NCBI GenBank assembly: GCA_963845755.1
Contig: CAWJTV010000041.1
Location: forward strand, 704,001-768,000
Direction: 5' to 3'
Length of the DNA stretch: 64,000 bases
From: an uncultured Planctomycetota bacterium
GTDB lineage: Bacteria > Planctomycetota > Planctomycetia > Isosphaerales > Isosphaeraceae
Both the position numbers and the translations under genes were made by a program. Position 1 is the first letter of the stretch. Every line of letters begins with the position of its first letter. Of this stretch, positions 33,137-43,167 are shown piece after piece. The notes beneath the pieces were generated by a model. That model had not been told where the DNA came from and did no database searches. It saw nothing but the letters and a program-made list of their open reading frames with translations.

Positions 33137-33736
33137 ATGCGCGGATCATACCGGATGAACGAGACCGCGGTTGTCGCGGTCCTGGTCGGAATCGCCGGAC
33201 TGTCTTTCGTACTGGCCGGGTCGGACCCGCCGCCCAGCGGCTCGACGGCAGGGGTCGAGTTTACCCCAGAGGGCAAGCTCAAGCAGCCCGTCGGCTATCG
33301 CAAATGGGTGTACGTCGGCACTCCGCTGACCCCCAACGAGCTCAACGACGGTGGGGCTCCATTCCCCGAGTTCCACGCCGTCTATATGGACCCCGAGAGC
33401 TTCGCCTACTACGAGAAGACCGGCGAGTTCCGCGACGGCACCATACTGGTCAAGGAACTCATCAGCGTCGGCCCCAAGGAGGCGACCAGCGGCAAGGGCT
33501 ACTTCATGGGCGAATTCCGCGGCCTGGAAACGTCGATCAAGGATTCGAAGCGCTTCAAGGACGAGCCCGGCTCGTGGGCCTACTTCAGCTTCGGCCACAA
33601 ATACCCGCTCAAGGCGGAGGTGGCGAAAAACGACGCCGGCTCGTGCAACGCGTGCCACCAAACCAGTGCCGTGAAAGACTACGTCTTCAGCCAGTACTAC
33701 CCCGTCTTGCGTGCCGCAGCCCCTCGTACAAAGTAG
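33137..33736 (+). CDS. cytochrome P460 family protein, copy 1
   Basis: signal peptide; YRKWVYVGTPLTPNELNDG, GEFRDGTILVKEL, GYFMGE, C-terminal CNACH, YVFSQYYPVLR. Confidence 0.92.
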   Translation: MRGSYRMNETAVVAVLVGIAGLSFVLAGSDPPPSGSTAGVEFTPEGKLKQPVGYRKWVYVGTPLTPNELNDGGAPFPEFHAVYMDPESFAYYEKTGEFRDGTILVKELISVGPKEATSGKGYFMGEFRGLETSIKDSKRFKDEPGSWAYFSFGHKYPLKAEVAKNDAGSCNACHQTSAVKDYVFSQYYPVLRAAAPRTK

Positions 33737-33785
33737 GCTAGACCGGTTGGCACCCCCCTTTCCCTGAACCAAGGTGGCACCCCTC

Positions 33786-34396
33786 ATGAATACCAAGGTC
33801 CCCCGCTTGCTGGCCGCCGGCTGCATGACCGCGGCGGCACTCCTCGCAGCCACGATCGTGCCAGGCGCGGCGCAACCCGCCCAGAAGCCTGGCGCGCAGC
33901 CGAAAACTTCTCGCCCTACGTCACGAAGGACGGCGGCATTTCAAGGCCGACCGATTACCGCGAAACCTTCCTGCATCTGGGCACCTTCGCCGTGGCCTCG
34001 AAGCCGAGCCAGCCCATTGATGAGATGCACAACGTCTATTCGCGGCCGGAGGACGTCCGGGCGTATCGCCGGGATGGCAAGTTCCCCGACGGCGCGGTGC
34101 TGGTCAAAGAAATCACCAAGATTGGATCGGAGAAGCTCACCACGGGCCAATCCCACTGGTCCACGGACATCAAGGTCTGGTTCGTGATGATCAAGGACGC
34201 GAAGGGTCGATTTCCCGGCAACGACCTGTGGGGCGACGGCTGGGGCTGGGCCCTCTTCAAGGCGGATGAGCCCGCCCGCAACGTGGCGACCGACTACGAC
34301 ACCGACTGCAAGACGTGCCACATTCCGGCCAGGAAGGACGATTGGGTGTACGTACGCGGGTATCCGGTACTTGGGAACCGCACCCCGGCCCATTGA
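33786..34396 (+). CDS. cytochrome P460 family protein, copy 2 (indel near 33900)
   Basis: signal peptide; RPTDYRETFLHLG, FPDGAVLVKE, WGDGWGWALF, CKTCH, WVYVRGYP. Confidence 0.88.
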
Positions 34397-34466
34397 GACG
34401 CGGTGTGACCTGGCGAATCGAGACAGCACTCTTCCAGCGGTGTTAGCAGTGAGGCACGGTTGTCCC

Positions 34467-34961
34467 ATGGGTGATCGACTGGAATTGATCGGTACGCACG
34501 TTTCCCGCTACGGGTTGGTAATCGTGTTGCTCTGGATCGGCGGGATGAAATTCACGGCCTACGAGGCCGAGGGTATCCGACCACTGGTGGCTAACAGCCC
34601 CTTGATGGGTTGGGTCTACCACGTCATGAGCGTGAGCGCGTTCTCCTCGTTGCTGGGCGTGGTCGAGATTGTCATCGGGGTGCTGATCGCCCTCCGGCCG
34701 GTATGGCCGATGGGTTCGGCCTTGGGCAGTGGACTCGCAGCGGGGATGTTCCTGACCACGCTGAGCTTCCTGGTCACCACACCCGGTTGGGAAGCAAGTC
34801 TGGGCGGCTTCCCGGCCCTCTCGGCCATGCCGGGGCAGTTCGTCCTCAAGGACGTCGTCCTGTTGGGGGTCGCGCTGCACACTGCGGGCGAGGCCCTGGG
34901 GGCAGCCCACCCGCGCCGTGCCGTCCCGCCGTCATCCAATATGGCGAATGTCTCAGCCTGA
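34467..34961 (+). CDS. DUF417/YkgB (RclC-like) inner-membrane protein
   Basis: RYGLVIVLLWIGGMKFTAYEAEGIRPLVANSPL...TTLSFLVTTP...GQFVLKD. Confidence 0.88.
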   Translation: MGDRLELIGTHVSRYGLVIVLLWIGGMKFTAYEAEGIRPLVANSPLMGWVYHVMSVSAFSSLLGVVEIVIGVLIALRPVWPMGSALGSGLAAGMFLTTLSFLVTTPGWEASLGGFPALSAMPGQFVLKDVVLLGVALHTAGEALGAAHPRRAVPPSSNMANVSA

Positions 34962-35063
34962 TTTCTGCCCCTTCGAGAAGCGGTTTGACAGGCCGGCTCC
35001 GAGGACCTTCGCGGCTCAACGGCCCGCTGCCGAACCACTGTGCGGCTGAGGTCAAGCGCATCG

Positions 35064-35133
35064 TAACCAGAAAAATGCAACTTGACAAGTTAGCAATCCG
35101 CCCGTAACCTGCATCATGAGTATTTTCCAGTTA
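35064..35133 (+). promoter_or_regulatory. sigma70 promoter overlapped by two TAACC-N19-AGTTA boxes
   Basis: boxes at 35064-35092 and 35105-35133; TTGACA-17bp-TAACCT. Confidence 0.7.
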
Positions 35134-35238
35134 TCCGAATACCTTCGGGTGGCCGCGTCATCGCGACAAGGGTAGGACTGCCACCGATCAAGGCGTGGGA
35201 GACTCAGAGATTCACTGACCAAACGGGGAGGAGATACC

Positions 35239-36077
35239 GTGAAACAACCCGAACTCTACGAGCGCTTCCGCGCCCTGCATGAACAGGATGGCGGCGTGGT
35301 GATGCCGAATCCATGGGACGGCGTCTCCGGGTTGCTGCTGAAACAGGCCGGGTTCATGGCTTTGGGCTCGTCATCCGCCGCGATTGCCTTTGCCCTCGGC
35401 CGCCTTGACGGCGTGCATGCGGTCAGCCTGGCGGAGGCGCTGGAGAATGCCGCCTTGCTCGGCAGGCTCACCGGGCTTCCGATTAACGCCGATCTCGAAG
35501 ACGGCTTCGGCCCCGCGCCGAGGATTGCGCCGCGACCGTCGAAGCGGCGATCGCGGCAGGGATGGCCGGGGTCGGTATCGAAGACACGACGGCCAATCCC
35601 GAGAAACCGATCCACGACTTCGATCACGCCGTCAAGCGGATTCGTCAGGCGGCGCGCGTGGCGAAGGGGCGTATCTTGCTGACCGGACGCACGGACAACT
35701 ACCTGTTCGGCAGGTCCGATCTGGACGACACGATCCGGCGCCTCGTCGCGTTCGCCGAAGTCGGCGCCGATGTAATCTATGCGCCACTCCTGCCGGACAT
35801 GGACGCGATCCGGGCCGTGGTGAAGGCCGTCGCGCCCAAGCCCGTCAACGTGCTGATCGGTCCTGGGACCGGCCCGGTGCCGATCGCCGAGCTTCAAGCG
35901 GCCGGCGTGCGACGCGTCAGCCTCGGCGCCGCACTTTACTGCCATGCAATGGCGAGCGTCCGGGACGCCGCCGAAGCGCTGGCCACCGGAAACATCGCCC
36001 CCGCGGCGGAGGGCCTCTGGCCGAGCAAGATCATGGGCTTGTTGCGAGAGGCGACGTCGGAGATCGCGTCGTCGTGA
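35239..36077 (+). CDS. isocitrate lyase/PEP mutase family protein (indel near 35520)
   Basis: MPNPWD, SSSAAIA, NADLEDGFG, GVGIED, GADVIYAP, KPVNV, GVRRVSLG. Confidence 0.88.
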
Positions 36078-36215
36078 ATCACGGCGGGCGTCGAGTCTGG
36101 CCGACGACGGTATGGGATGATCGAGCCGAGGCGCCCCCACCTTGGCCGCACGTCCCGAGATGGCCTCCATCTGGCGGGCGGCCGACCTTGAGGCCAACTT
36201 CGGCGAGGCAAGACA

Positions 36216-36722
36216 ATGGATTATCTAGAATATCATTATAAAATGATAGAATCGCCCGTCGGGAGACTCAAACTCGTCGCGCACGATAAGAGCCTGGTGG
36301 CCATCCTCTGGCGGCAAGACGATCCGCGCCACATCCGGCCGAGCGCCGAGACGGAGGACCGGATGCATCCCGTGCTCCTCGAGACCGAACGGCAGTTGAA
36401 CGCGTATTTCGACGGAAGGCGGAAGACGTTCTCCCTCGTGCTCGATTTCGCGGGGACGGAATTCCAGAAGGCCGTCTGGCGCGCCTTGCTGACGATCCCC
36501 TTCGGGGAGACCCGGAGCTACGGGGATATCGCGAAACAAGTCGGCAATGCCAGGGCGATGCGTGCGGTGGGGACCGCCAACGGGAAGAATCCCCTTGCCA
36601 TCGTCGTCCCTTGCCATCGGGTGGTAGGCGCCTCCGGTAGACCGTGTGGGGCCGGGTTCGGGCTCGATGCCAGATTGTTTTTGCTCACATTTGAATCTGA
36701 TAACAACAACCATCCCGCATAG
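36216..36722 (+). CDS. ogt: methylated-DNA-protein-cysteine methyltransferase, copy 1 (divergent C-terminus)
   Basis: GTEFQKAVW, IPFGETRSY, RAVGTANGKNP, PCHRV. Confidence 0.85.
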   Translation: MDYLEYHYKMIESPVGRLKLVAHDKSLVAILWRQDDPRHIRPSAETEDRMHPVLLETERQLNAYFDGRRKTFSLVLDFAGTEFQKAVWRALLTIPFGETRSYGDIAKQVGNARAMRAVGTANGKNPLAIVVPCHRVVGASGRPCGAGFGLDARLFLLTFESDNNNHPA

Positions 36723-36871
36723 AGGGAATATTCCCGGCCTTCCTGAAGACGAAACTCATTCTCGAATAAACAATCAAACATTATATATGGTTGAGTTGTG
36801 CACATGGTATCGCAGATCGCCGAGCGTCTTGAAGCCGTTCGTGGGTGTCCCGAGCGTCCGGAGTAGGAAAT

Positions 36872-37074
36872 CGCGGCCTGAAGGGCCGCCGGAACAGAGC
36901 CCGGGGTGAAACCCCGGGAGAGCGAGCACGGCCGACCCCCAAATCCGGTTTGGGCGGCCTGACGGGCCGGAGGAACCGGCGCCGGCACCCCTACAGGGTG
37001 CATCGGGAAGGAGAGAGATGACCGATCCTCGGGGTTTCATCCCGGGCTTTGCTCCGGCGGCCCTCCAGGCCGCG
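36872..37074. repeat. ~200 bp REP/MITE-like long inverted-repeat element
   Basis: CGCGGCCTGAAGGGCCGCCGG...CCCGGGGTGAAACCCCG ... CGGGGTTTCATCCCGGG...CCGGCGGCCCTCCAGGCCGCG. Confidence 0.75.
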
Positions 37075-37160
37075 GGAAATCACCGCGATCCACCCTCAGG
37101 CGGTAGGGGCGACCGCGTTGCCGGTGCGCGTGCAAACGAACCGTTCAGTGCTCGAGGGAG

Positions 37161-37667
37161 ATGAAAATGAGCTACGTCTACAAATCCATGAAATCCCCCG
37201 TTGGTAACCTCAAGCTCGTTGCGAGCGACAAGGGTCTGGCTGCTATCCTCTGGGAGGCCGACGATCCGCGCCGCGTCCGGTTGAGCGCCGAGACGGAGGA
37301 TAGGACTCATCCCGTGCTCCTCGAGACGGAACGCCAGTTGAACGAGTATTTCGACGGAAGACGGAAGACGTTCTCCCTTGAACTCGATTTCGCGGGGACC
37401 GAATTCCAGAAAAAGGTGTGGCACGCCTTGCTGACGATCCCCTTCGGGGAGACCCGAAGCTACCGGGATATCGCGAAACAGGTCGGAAATGCCAGTGCGG
37501 TCCGTGCGGTGGGGGCCGCCAACGGCAAGAATCCCATTGCCATCGTCGCCCCTTGCCATCGGGTGATTGGCTCCACGGGCAAGCTGACAGGATTCGCGGG
37601 CGGTCTCGAGGCCAAAGCGCGTTTACTCGCATTGGAAACCGGACGAGAGGGCAAGGTGCAACAATGA
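37161..37667 (+). CDS. ogt: methylated-DNA-protein-cysteine methyltransferase, copy 2
   Basis: RAVGAANGKNP, PCHRVIGSTGKLTGFAGG. Confidence 0.92.
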   Translation: MKMSYVYKSMKSPVGNLKLVASDKGLAAILWEADDPRRVRLSAETEDRTHPVLLETERQLNEYFDGRRKTFSLELDFAGTEFQKKVWHALLTIPFGETRSYRDIAKQVGNASAVRAVGAANGKNPIAIVAPCHRVIGSTGKLTGFAGGLEAKARLLALETGREGKVQQ

Positions 37668-37767
37668 AAGCTGGCCAGAGCTTTCTCGAGAAAAGGCCGA
37701 TGCAGTGCATGGAGATCCGCGGGGGCAACCAGGCGGTCGAAGAGTCCCTTGAGGCACCGGGGCTTAA

Positions 37768-38676
37768 GAGCGACTCGGAAAAAATGAGTTCACTGGCCCA
37801 GGAGCCTCAAACAGATCAAGGAACATGCTAACTTGAGGAACGCGTCTTGAATCTCGGTGAGCCGATCCAAACGGCGGCGCAGCCGGCCGAAGGAGTGCAG
37901 CCACGCGATGGTCCGCTCTACGTACCAGCGGGACTTGCCCAAACCGCTGCCGTGCTCCGTATTGCGGGCCGCCAGCACCGGCGTGGTCCCCCGGCCGCGC
38001 AAACCCTGCCGCACCGGTTCCGAGTCGTAGCCCCGATCCCCCTGCAAGCGGTCGGGCTTCTGCCGCTTCGGCCCCGGCTTGCCGCCCACCGGCGGCATGT
38101 CGTCGAGCGTCGTGAAGACCTGGGTGATCTCGGGGACGTTGGCGGCGGTCACCGTCGCCGCCAGCGGCACGCCTTGGGCGTCGGTCATCACGTGGTGCTT
38201 GCTGCCGGATTTGCTCCGGTCCGTCGGATTCGGGCCGGTATCCTCGCCCCCTTCCGGGGCCTTGGCGAAGGAGGCGTCGATCAGCGCCCGCTCCCAGTCG
38301 ATCGCGTCGCGCCGTTGAGCTCGGCCAGCAAGACGGCGTGCAACTGGCGCCAGACACCGGCCTGCTGCCACGCCTGCAGGTAGGACCGGCAGGTCTTGCC
38401 GCAGCCGCAGCCGAGGTCGGCGGGCAAGTCGTCCCAGGCGATGCCGGTCTTGAGCACGAACAAGATGCCGGTGAGGATCTTGCGGTAGTCCAGGGGTTTG
38501 CGTCCCGGGAAGCGGAAGCGGCGCGGAGGCGGGGGTGGCAGCAAGGGCTCCAGGCGCTTCCACAGCGCATCGGAGACAAGGGGTTTCATGGTGGTCCTCC
38601 TTCGGTTCGGGAGATCACTCTCCGAAGGACTCAAGAGCAGACAGCGTGCCAGTGGATTCATTTTTTCCGAGCGCTC
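37768..38676 (-). mobile_element. IS5-family insertion sequence (909 bp) with 3 bp TAA target duplication
   Basis: IRs GAGCG(A)CTCGGAAAAAATGA / TCATTTTTTCCGAGCGCTC; TAA at 37765-37767 and 38677-38679. Confidence 0.93.
37790..38589 (-). CDS. IS5-family DDE transposase (indel near 38310)
   Basis: LWKRLEPLLP, GILFVLKTGIAWDDLP, LIDAS, GSKHH, GDRGYD, RWYVERTIAWL. Confidence 0.92.
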
Positions 38677-39480
38677 TAAGGAATGGGTATACAGTCGCCC
38701 CTACGGGTCGGCGGCCAGCGGTGGCGACGTCCATTACGTGTCGCTGTGCGCGAGCGGGACCATCTCCCGTTTGATCCTGGCCGACATCTCCGGTCATGGT
38801 GTGGAGGTCGCGGGGGTCGCTACGGCGCTCCGCACGCTGATGGAGAAGAACATCAACGCCGCGGATCAGACCCAGTTGGTCCAGAACATGAATCGCCAGT
38901 TCGCCGAGATCGCCGAGATGCAGCGTTTCGCGACGGCCGTCGTCGCGACATATCTGACCGTCGACGAAAGCCTCACTGTCTCGAACGCCGGCCATCCGCG
39001 CCCGCTGTGGTGTCGTTCCCAGGACGGCTCGTGGGGTTTCCTGGGCCCGGCCGTCGGCGATGTCGGCAACCTCCCATGGGGGCTCGACGACCAGACGCCC
39101 TACCAGCAATTCTCGGTGCATCTCGCGCGGGGCGACCTCGTCCTGTTCTATTCCGATGCCATGATCGAGGCCGCTGACCCTGCGGGACGGCAGCTCGGCG
39201 AAGAAGGGCTGCTGACACTGGCACGGGGCCTCGATGCCGAGAATCCGATCCGGGCCGGCCGAGGCTTGCTCGAGTCCGTCGTGGCCCATCGTGGGGGACG
39301 GGAGGCCGATGACGACGTGACAATCGTCGCCTGGCACCATACCGGAAATGATCCGCGACGTTTCCAATGATGTCCAATTTTGATTCGTGATCGACACAGG
39401 GTCGCTCAAGAGGCCGGCTTGTGCTGGCGGAATGGCCTCCCGGTTGATCGCCGTCGCCATTGTCTGAAAAGGATCCTAAC

Positions 39481-40599
39481 ATGTTCAAACCTCCAATAAA
39501 ATCGCTTTTCTTGCCTCTGAAGGTCGGCCCGCTCACGCTGTCGCACCGTGTCGTGATGGCGCCACTCACACGCCTCCGTTCAGACCAGCCGGGGGATATC
39601 CCCAATGACCTGATGGTCGAATACTACCGCCAGAGGGCCTCGCGAGGCGGTCTCATCATCACCGAGGCGACCACGATCTCCATCACAGGCCGTGGATATC
39701 TCGGTGCACCTGGGATCTACTCCGACGCGCAGGTCGCCGCATGGCGGAAGGTCACCGACGCGGTCCACGCGAAGGGCGGCTCGATTTTCCTCCAGTTCTG
39801 GCACGTCGGGCGTGTCGGCCACGTGGACATGAGCGGAGGTGCGCCGCCGGTAGCCCCGTCGGTGGTGCCCTTCGAGGGTGTCGTCTTCACGAAGGATGGC
39901 TGGGTCCCGGCCTCGCCGCACCGGGCGCTTGAAACGGAGGAGATTCCCGAGATCGTCGAGGACTACAGGAAGGCCGCCGAGCGTGCCCGGGCCGCCGGTT
40001 TCGACGGCGTCGAGGTCCATGCCGGGAATGGCTACCTCCTTGACCAATTCCTGCAAGATGGCACCAACAGGAGGACGGATGCTTACGGAGGATCGGTGGA
40101 GAATCGTGCCCGATTCTTGTTCGACGTCTTTGAAGCCGTCGCGTCATGGTGGGGTGCGGATCGAGTCGGCGTCAGAGTCTCGCCGAGCACACAGTTCAAC
40201 GCGATGTCAGACAGCGATCCCGGCACCCTGTACGGCCACGTCGCAGGGCGACTGAACGGATACTCGCCCGCCTACCTCCATATCATCGAGCCGCGCATCA
40301 AGGGCATTGAGGCCATCACGGAAGGCCTGCCCCCGGTGGCGACCGCCCAGCTTCGGAGGTCGTTCACGGGGAATATCCTGTCAGCCGGAGGCTTCGAGCC
40401 GGAGAGCGCCGAGGCGATCGTGAGGAGCGGGGATGCCGACATGGTCGCGTTCGGCCGGCATTTCATCGCGAACCCCGACCTGCCGGAACGGATCAGGCTC
40501 GGCCTGTCGCTCAACATCTATGACCGATCCACCTTCTACGGGGGGGATTCCCGCGGCTACACCGATTATTCGTTTTATCATGATCATGCGATGCTTTGA
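39481..40599 (+). CDS. nemA: old yellow enzyme alkene reductase (NemA-like)
   Basis: VVMAPLTR, YYRQRAS, QFWHVGR, GFDGVEVHAGNGYLLDQF, FIANPDL, TFYGG..GYTDY. Confidence 0.85.
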   Translation: MFKPPIKSLFLPLKVGPLTLSHRVVMAPLTRLRSDQPGDIPNDLMVEYYRQRASRGGLIITEATTISITGRGYLGAPGIYSDAQVAAWRKVTDAVHAKGGSIFLQFWHVGRVGHVDMSGGAPPVAPSVVPFEGVVFTKDGWVPASPHRALETEEIPEIVEDYRKAAERARAAGFDGVEVHAGNGYLLDQFLQDGTNRRTDAYGGSVENRARFLFDVFEAVASWWGADRVGVRVSPSTQFNAMSDSDPGTLYGHVAGRLNGYSPAYLHIIEPRIKGIEAITEGLPPVATAQLRRSFTGNILSAGGFEPESAEAIVRSGDADMVAFGRHFIANPDLPERIRLGLSLNIYDRSTFYGGDSRGYTDYSFYHDHAML

Positions 40600-40620
40600 T
40601 CGAGTTGGAGGCATGGCGAG

Positions 40621-41466
40621 ATGAGCTTTTCGAAGTTCGCGAAAACGGACCATCCGATCCACGAATTGCTATCAGATCGCTGGAGCCCCACCGCTTTCTC
40701 GAACCGCCCCGTCCCGGACGAAGACCTCCGGTCGCTCTTCGAAGCGGCCCGCTGGACGGCCTCGTCCTATAACGAGCAACCGTGGCGCTACGTCGTGGCG
40801 ACCCGGGCGGACCACGAAGGCTTCGAGCGGCTGCTCTCCTGTCTTGTTGACGTGAACGCGGCGTGGGCCAAAGAGGCGCCGGTGCTCGCGCTGGCCTGCA
40901 CACACCTGACCTTCGACCGCAACGGCCAGCCCAACGCGGCCGCCGAGCATGACCTTGGGGCGGCCGGCGCCAGCCTGACGCTGGAGGCGACCGCGCGGGG
41001 GCTGCGAGTCCACCAGATGATCGGCATCCTGCCCGACCGGGCTCGCGAGTTGTACGGCATCCCGGCCGATGTCAGGCCCTTCACATGCCTGGCCATCGGT
41101 TACACGGGAGACCCGGCCGCGTCGTCAAGAGAGATCCGGGAGCGCGACCTCACACCACGACGGCGGAAGCCGTTGTCCGAGTTCGTGTACGAGGAGCATT
41201 GGGGGACGGCGTCCGGCCTCGTGACGCGAGGCATCGAAACCCGTCGCCCGAACCGCATTCGCCGGCGATCCGTACTCACCGGATTCCGGCGCGATTGCCG
41301 TGAGAAGCCCGCTTTTCCTGAACCACTCTTTGACAATCGTCAAAGCTCGTTAGGTCGATCGGATGTACGACTTGTCGCCGAAAGATCATCGATCGGCGAT
41401 GGACTTTCTTTTCCAGGAGATCCACCATGTTACACCGCATCACTCTCGGCACCTTGTTGGTGTTGA
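40621..41466 (+). CDS. nitroreductase family protein (homology appears to end near 41225; 3' extension doubtful)
   Basis: RWSPTAFS, FEAARWTASSYNEQPWR, HDLGAA, HQMIG, RRRKPLSEF. Confidence 0.85.
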   Translation: MSFSKFAKTDHPIHELLSDRWSPTAFSNRPVPDEDLRSLFEAARWTASSYNEQPWRYVVATRADHEGFERLLSCLVDVNAAWAKEAPVLALACTHLTFDRNGQPNAAAEHDLGAAGASLTLEATARGLRVHQMIGILPDRARELYGIPADVRPFTCLAIGYTGDPAASSREIRERDLTPRRRKPLSEFVYEEHWGTASGLVTRGIETRRPNRIRRRSVLTGFRRDCREKPAFPEPLFDNRQSSLGRSDVRLVAERSSIGDGLSFPGDPPCYTASLSAPCWC

Positions 41467-42397
41467 CGACGCTGGGACTCCCCTCGAAGCGGAGTGCAGC
41501 AGCCGAACCGCGACCGCAGAACCCTCAGGTCGCATATCGAACGGTGAAGACCGACGGAGTCGACATCTTCTACCGGGAGGCCGGTCCGAAAGACGCTCCG
41601 GCCATCCTGCTCCTGCATGGGTTCCCGTCTTCATCGCACATGTTCCGCAACCTGATTCCACGGCTAGCGGACAGATTCCATGTCGTCGCACCGGATTTCC
41701 CGGGATACGGCAACAGCTCCGCCCCGCCTGTCCAGAAATTCGAGTACACTTACGCACATTTTACAGACGTGATTGAACACTTCACCGAACAGATCGGACT
41801 GAAGTCGTACGCGCTTTACCTTCAAGACATCGGTTCCTCGGTCGGGTACCGCCTGGCCAGCAAGCATCCGGAGCGTGTGACGGCGCTCGTGATCCAGAAC
41901 GGCGAGGCTTATCTCGAAGGTATCAACAAGGAGTTCTTCAAACCACTCGAAGCCTACTGGAAAGTGGCGCACCGAGGAGAATGAGAAAACGTTGCGCTCA
42001 TGGCTGCTCACGGTGGAAGGAACCAAATGGCACTACGTCCACGGTGCCCGCGATGCCGAGGCAATCAGCCCCGATAATTGGACCATCGACCAGGCGTTCG
42101 AAGATCGCCCAGGCAATAAAGAGATTCAGTTGGCGATCTTGTACGACACCCAGACGAATCTGGGGCTTTACTCGACCTGGCAAGCCTACTTTCGAGAGCA
42201 CCAACCGCCAACTCTCGTCGTGTGGGGCAAGAACGACGGCATTTTCACCACCGAAGGGCGCCCACCTGTACAAGCGCGATTTGAAGAATATTGAATTCCA
42301 TCTCCTCGACACAGGTCACTTCGCGTTAGAGGAAGACCTGGACCGGATCTCTTCGCTCATGTGTGATTTTCTCGGCCGAACTGTGACCAGGAGGTAG
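41427..42397 (+). CDS. secreted alpha/beta hydrolase (epoxide hydrolase-like; indels near 41970 and 42255)
   Basis: [44 protein letters not shown]. Confidence 0.85.
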
Positions 42398-42679
42398 CTC
42401 GATCATACCGGTGATCGTGGCCCTCTGCTTGTCGAGAAGAAGGGCGAGCCGGTCCGAGTCAGAATCTGCCATGATCGGTTGATGGAGGGAGAGATGATGG
42501 TTCCCATCGCGCCTCAGGATCGTTCCCAAAGACGTTTGCAGACTCGCAGGAGCTTGCTGCTGCTCTCTCTGTCGCCGGTCATGGCGACCGTGACGACTGC
42601 TTATCGGCAAGTCGTCCCGATCAAGAAGCAACCCCCCGGTGCGAGGTCCCAAATCTCCCCAATCCCAGGAGCAAGCAAC

Positions 42680-43066
42680 ATGCCGCACTCCAACCAAGAC
42701 ATCGGAATTGCCAAGCAGATCGGCACCTACAGTGACGCCGTCGAGGTGAAGCCCAACTTGCGATGGTTGATGACTTCCGGAACTCCCGGCCTCTCGGAGT
42801 CGGGCCAACTTCCTGCGGACATCACGGGCCAGGCCGAGCTCGCCTGGAAGCATATCATCCGCATGCTGGAAAAAGCCGACATGACCGTCGCCGACGTGGT
42901 CAAGGTCTCCCAGTATCTGACGCGAGCCGAGGACATTCCGGCCTACGTGAAGGTGCGATCACGTTTCCTCGGCGATGCGCGGCCGGCTTTTGTGCTCCTC
43001 GTCGTCTCCCAGCTCATCCGACCGGGGATTCTGGTGGAGGTCGAGATCGTCGCCGCCAGGGCGTAG
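42680..43066 (+). CDS. RidA (YjgF/YER057c/UK114) family protein
   Basis: IGTYSDAVEV, TSGTPG, QAELAW, DVVKV, RPA, LVEVEIVAA. Confidence 0.88.
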   Translation: MPHSNQDIGIAKQIGTYSDAVEVKPNLRWLMTSGTPGLSESGQLPADITGQAELAWKHIIRMLEKADMTVADVVKVSQYLTRAEDIPAYVKVRSRFLGDARPAFVLLVVSQLIRPGILVEVEIVAARA

Positions 43067-43077
43067 GGGGGGAAAAC

Positions 43078-43143
43078 GTGTCACATCCCGAGGAATTCGA
43101 CGTGCCGGTGCTCGGCCGCGGGACGGGCAGGTACGTCGCCTGA
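43078..43143 (+). pseudogene. 5' remnant of an FAD-dependent disulfide reductase
   Basis: VSHPEEFDVPVLGRGTGRYVA* aligns with MSSREKYDLVVLGSGRGRFFA at 45608. Confidence 0.55.
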
Positions 43144-43167
43144 TGGATCCCAAGGAGCAAGAATCCC

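Larger units (their letters stand above)
37664..39370 (+). pseudogene. SpoIIE/RsbU-type PP2C phosphatase interrupted by IS5-family element
   Basis: Removing the IS restores ...EAPGL-KEWVYSRPY...GGDVH...LADISGHG...NAGHP...YSDA...DDVT. Confidence 0.88.

Noticed and set aside
38281..38340. Programmed -1 frameshift in the IS5 transposase
   Set aside because: No A-rich slippery site at the junction (AACGGCGCGACGCG); a single missing base restores ELNGADAIDW.
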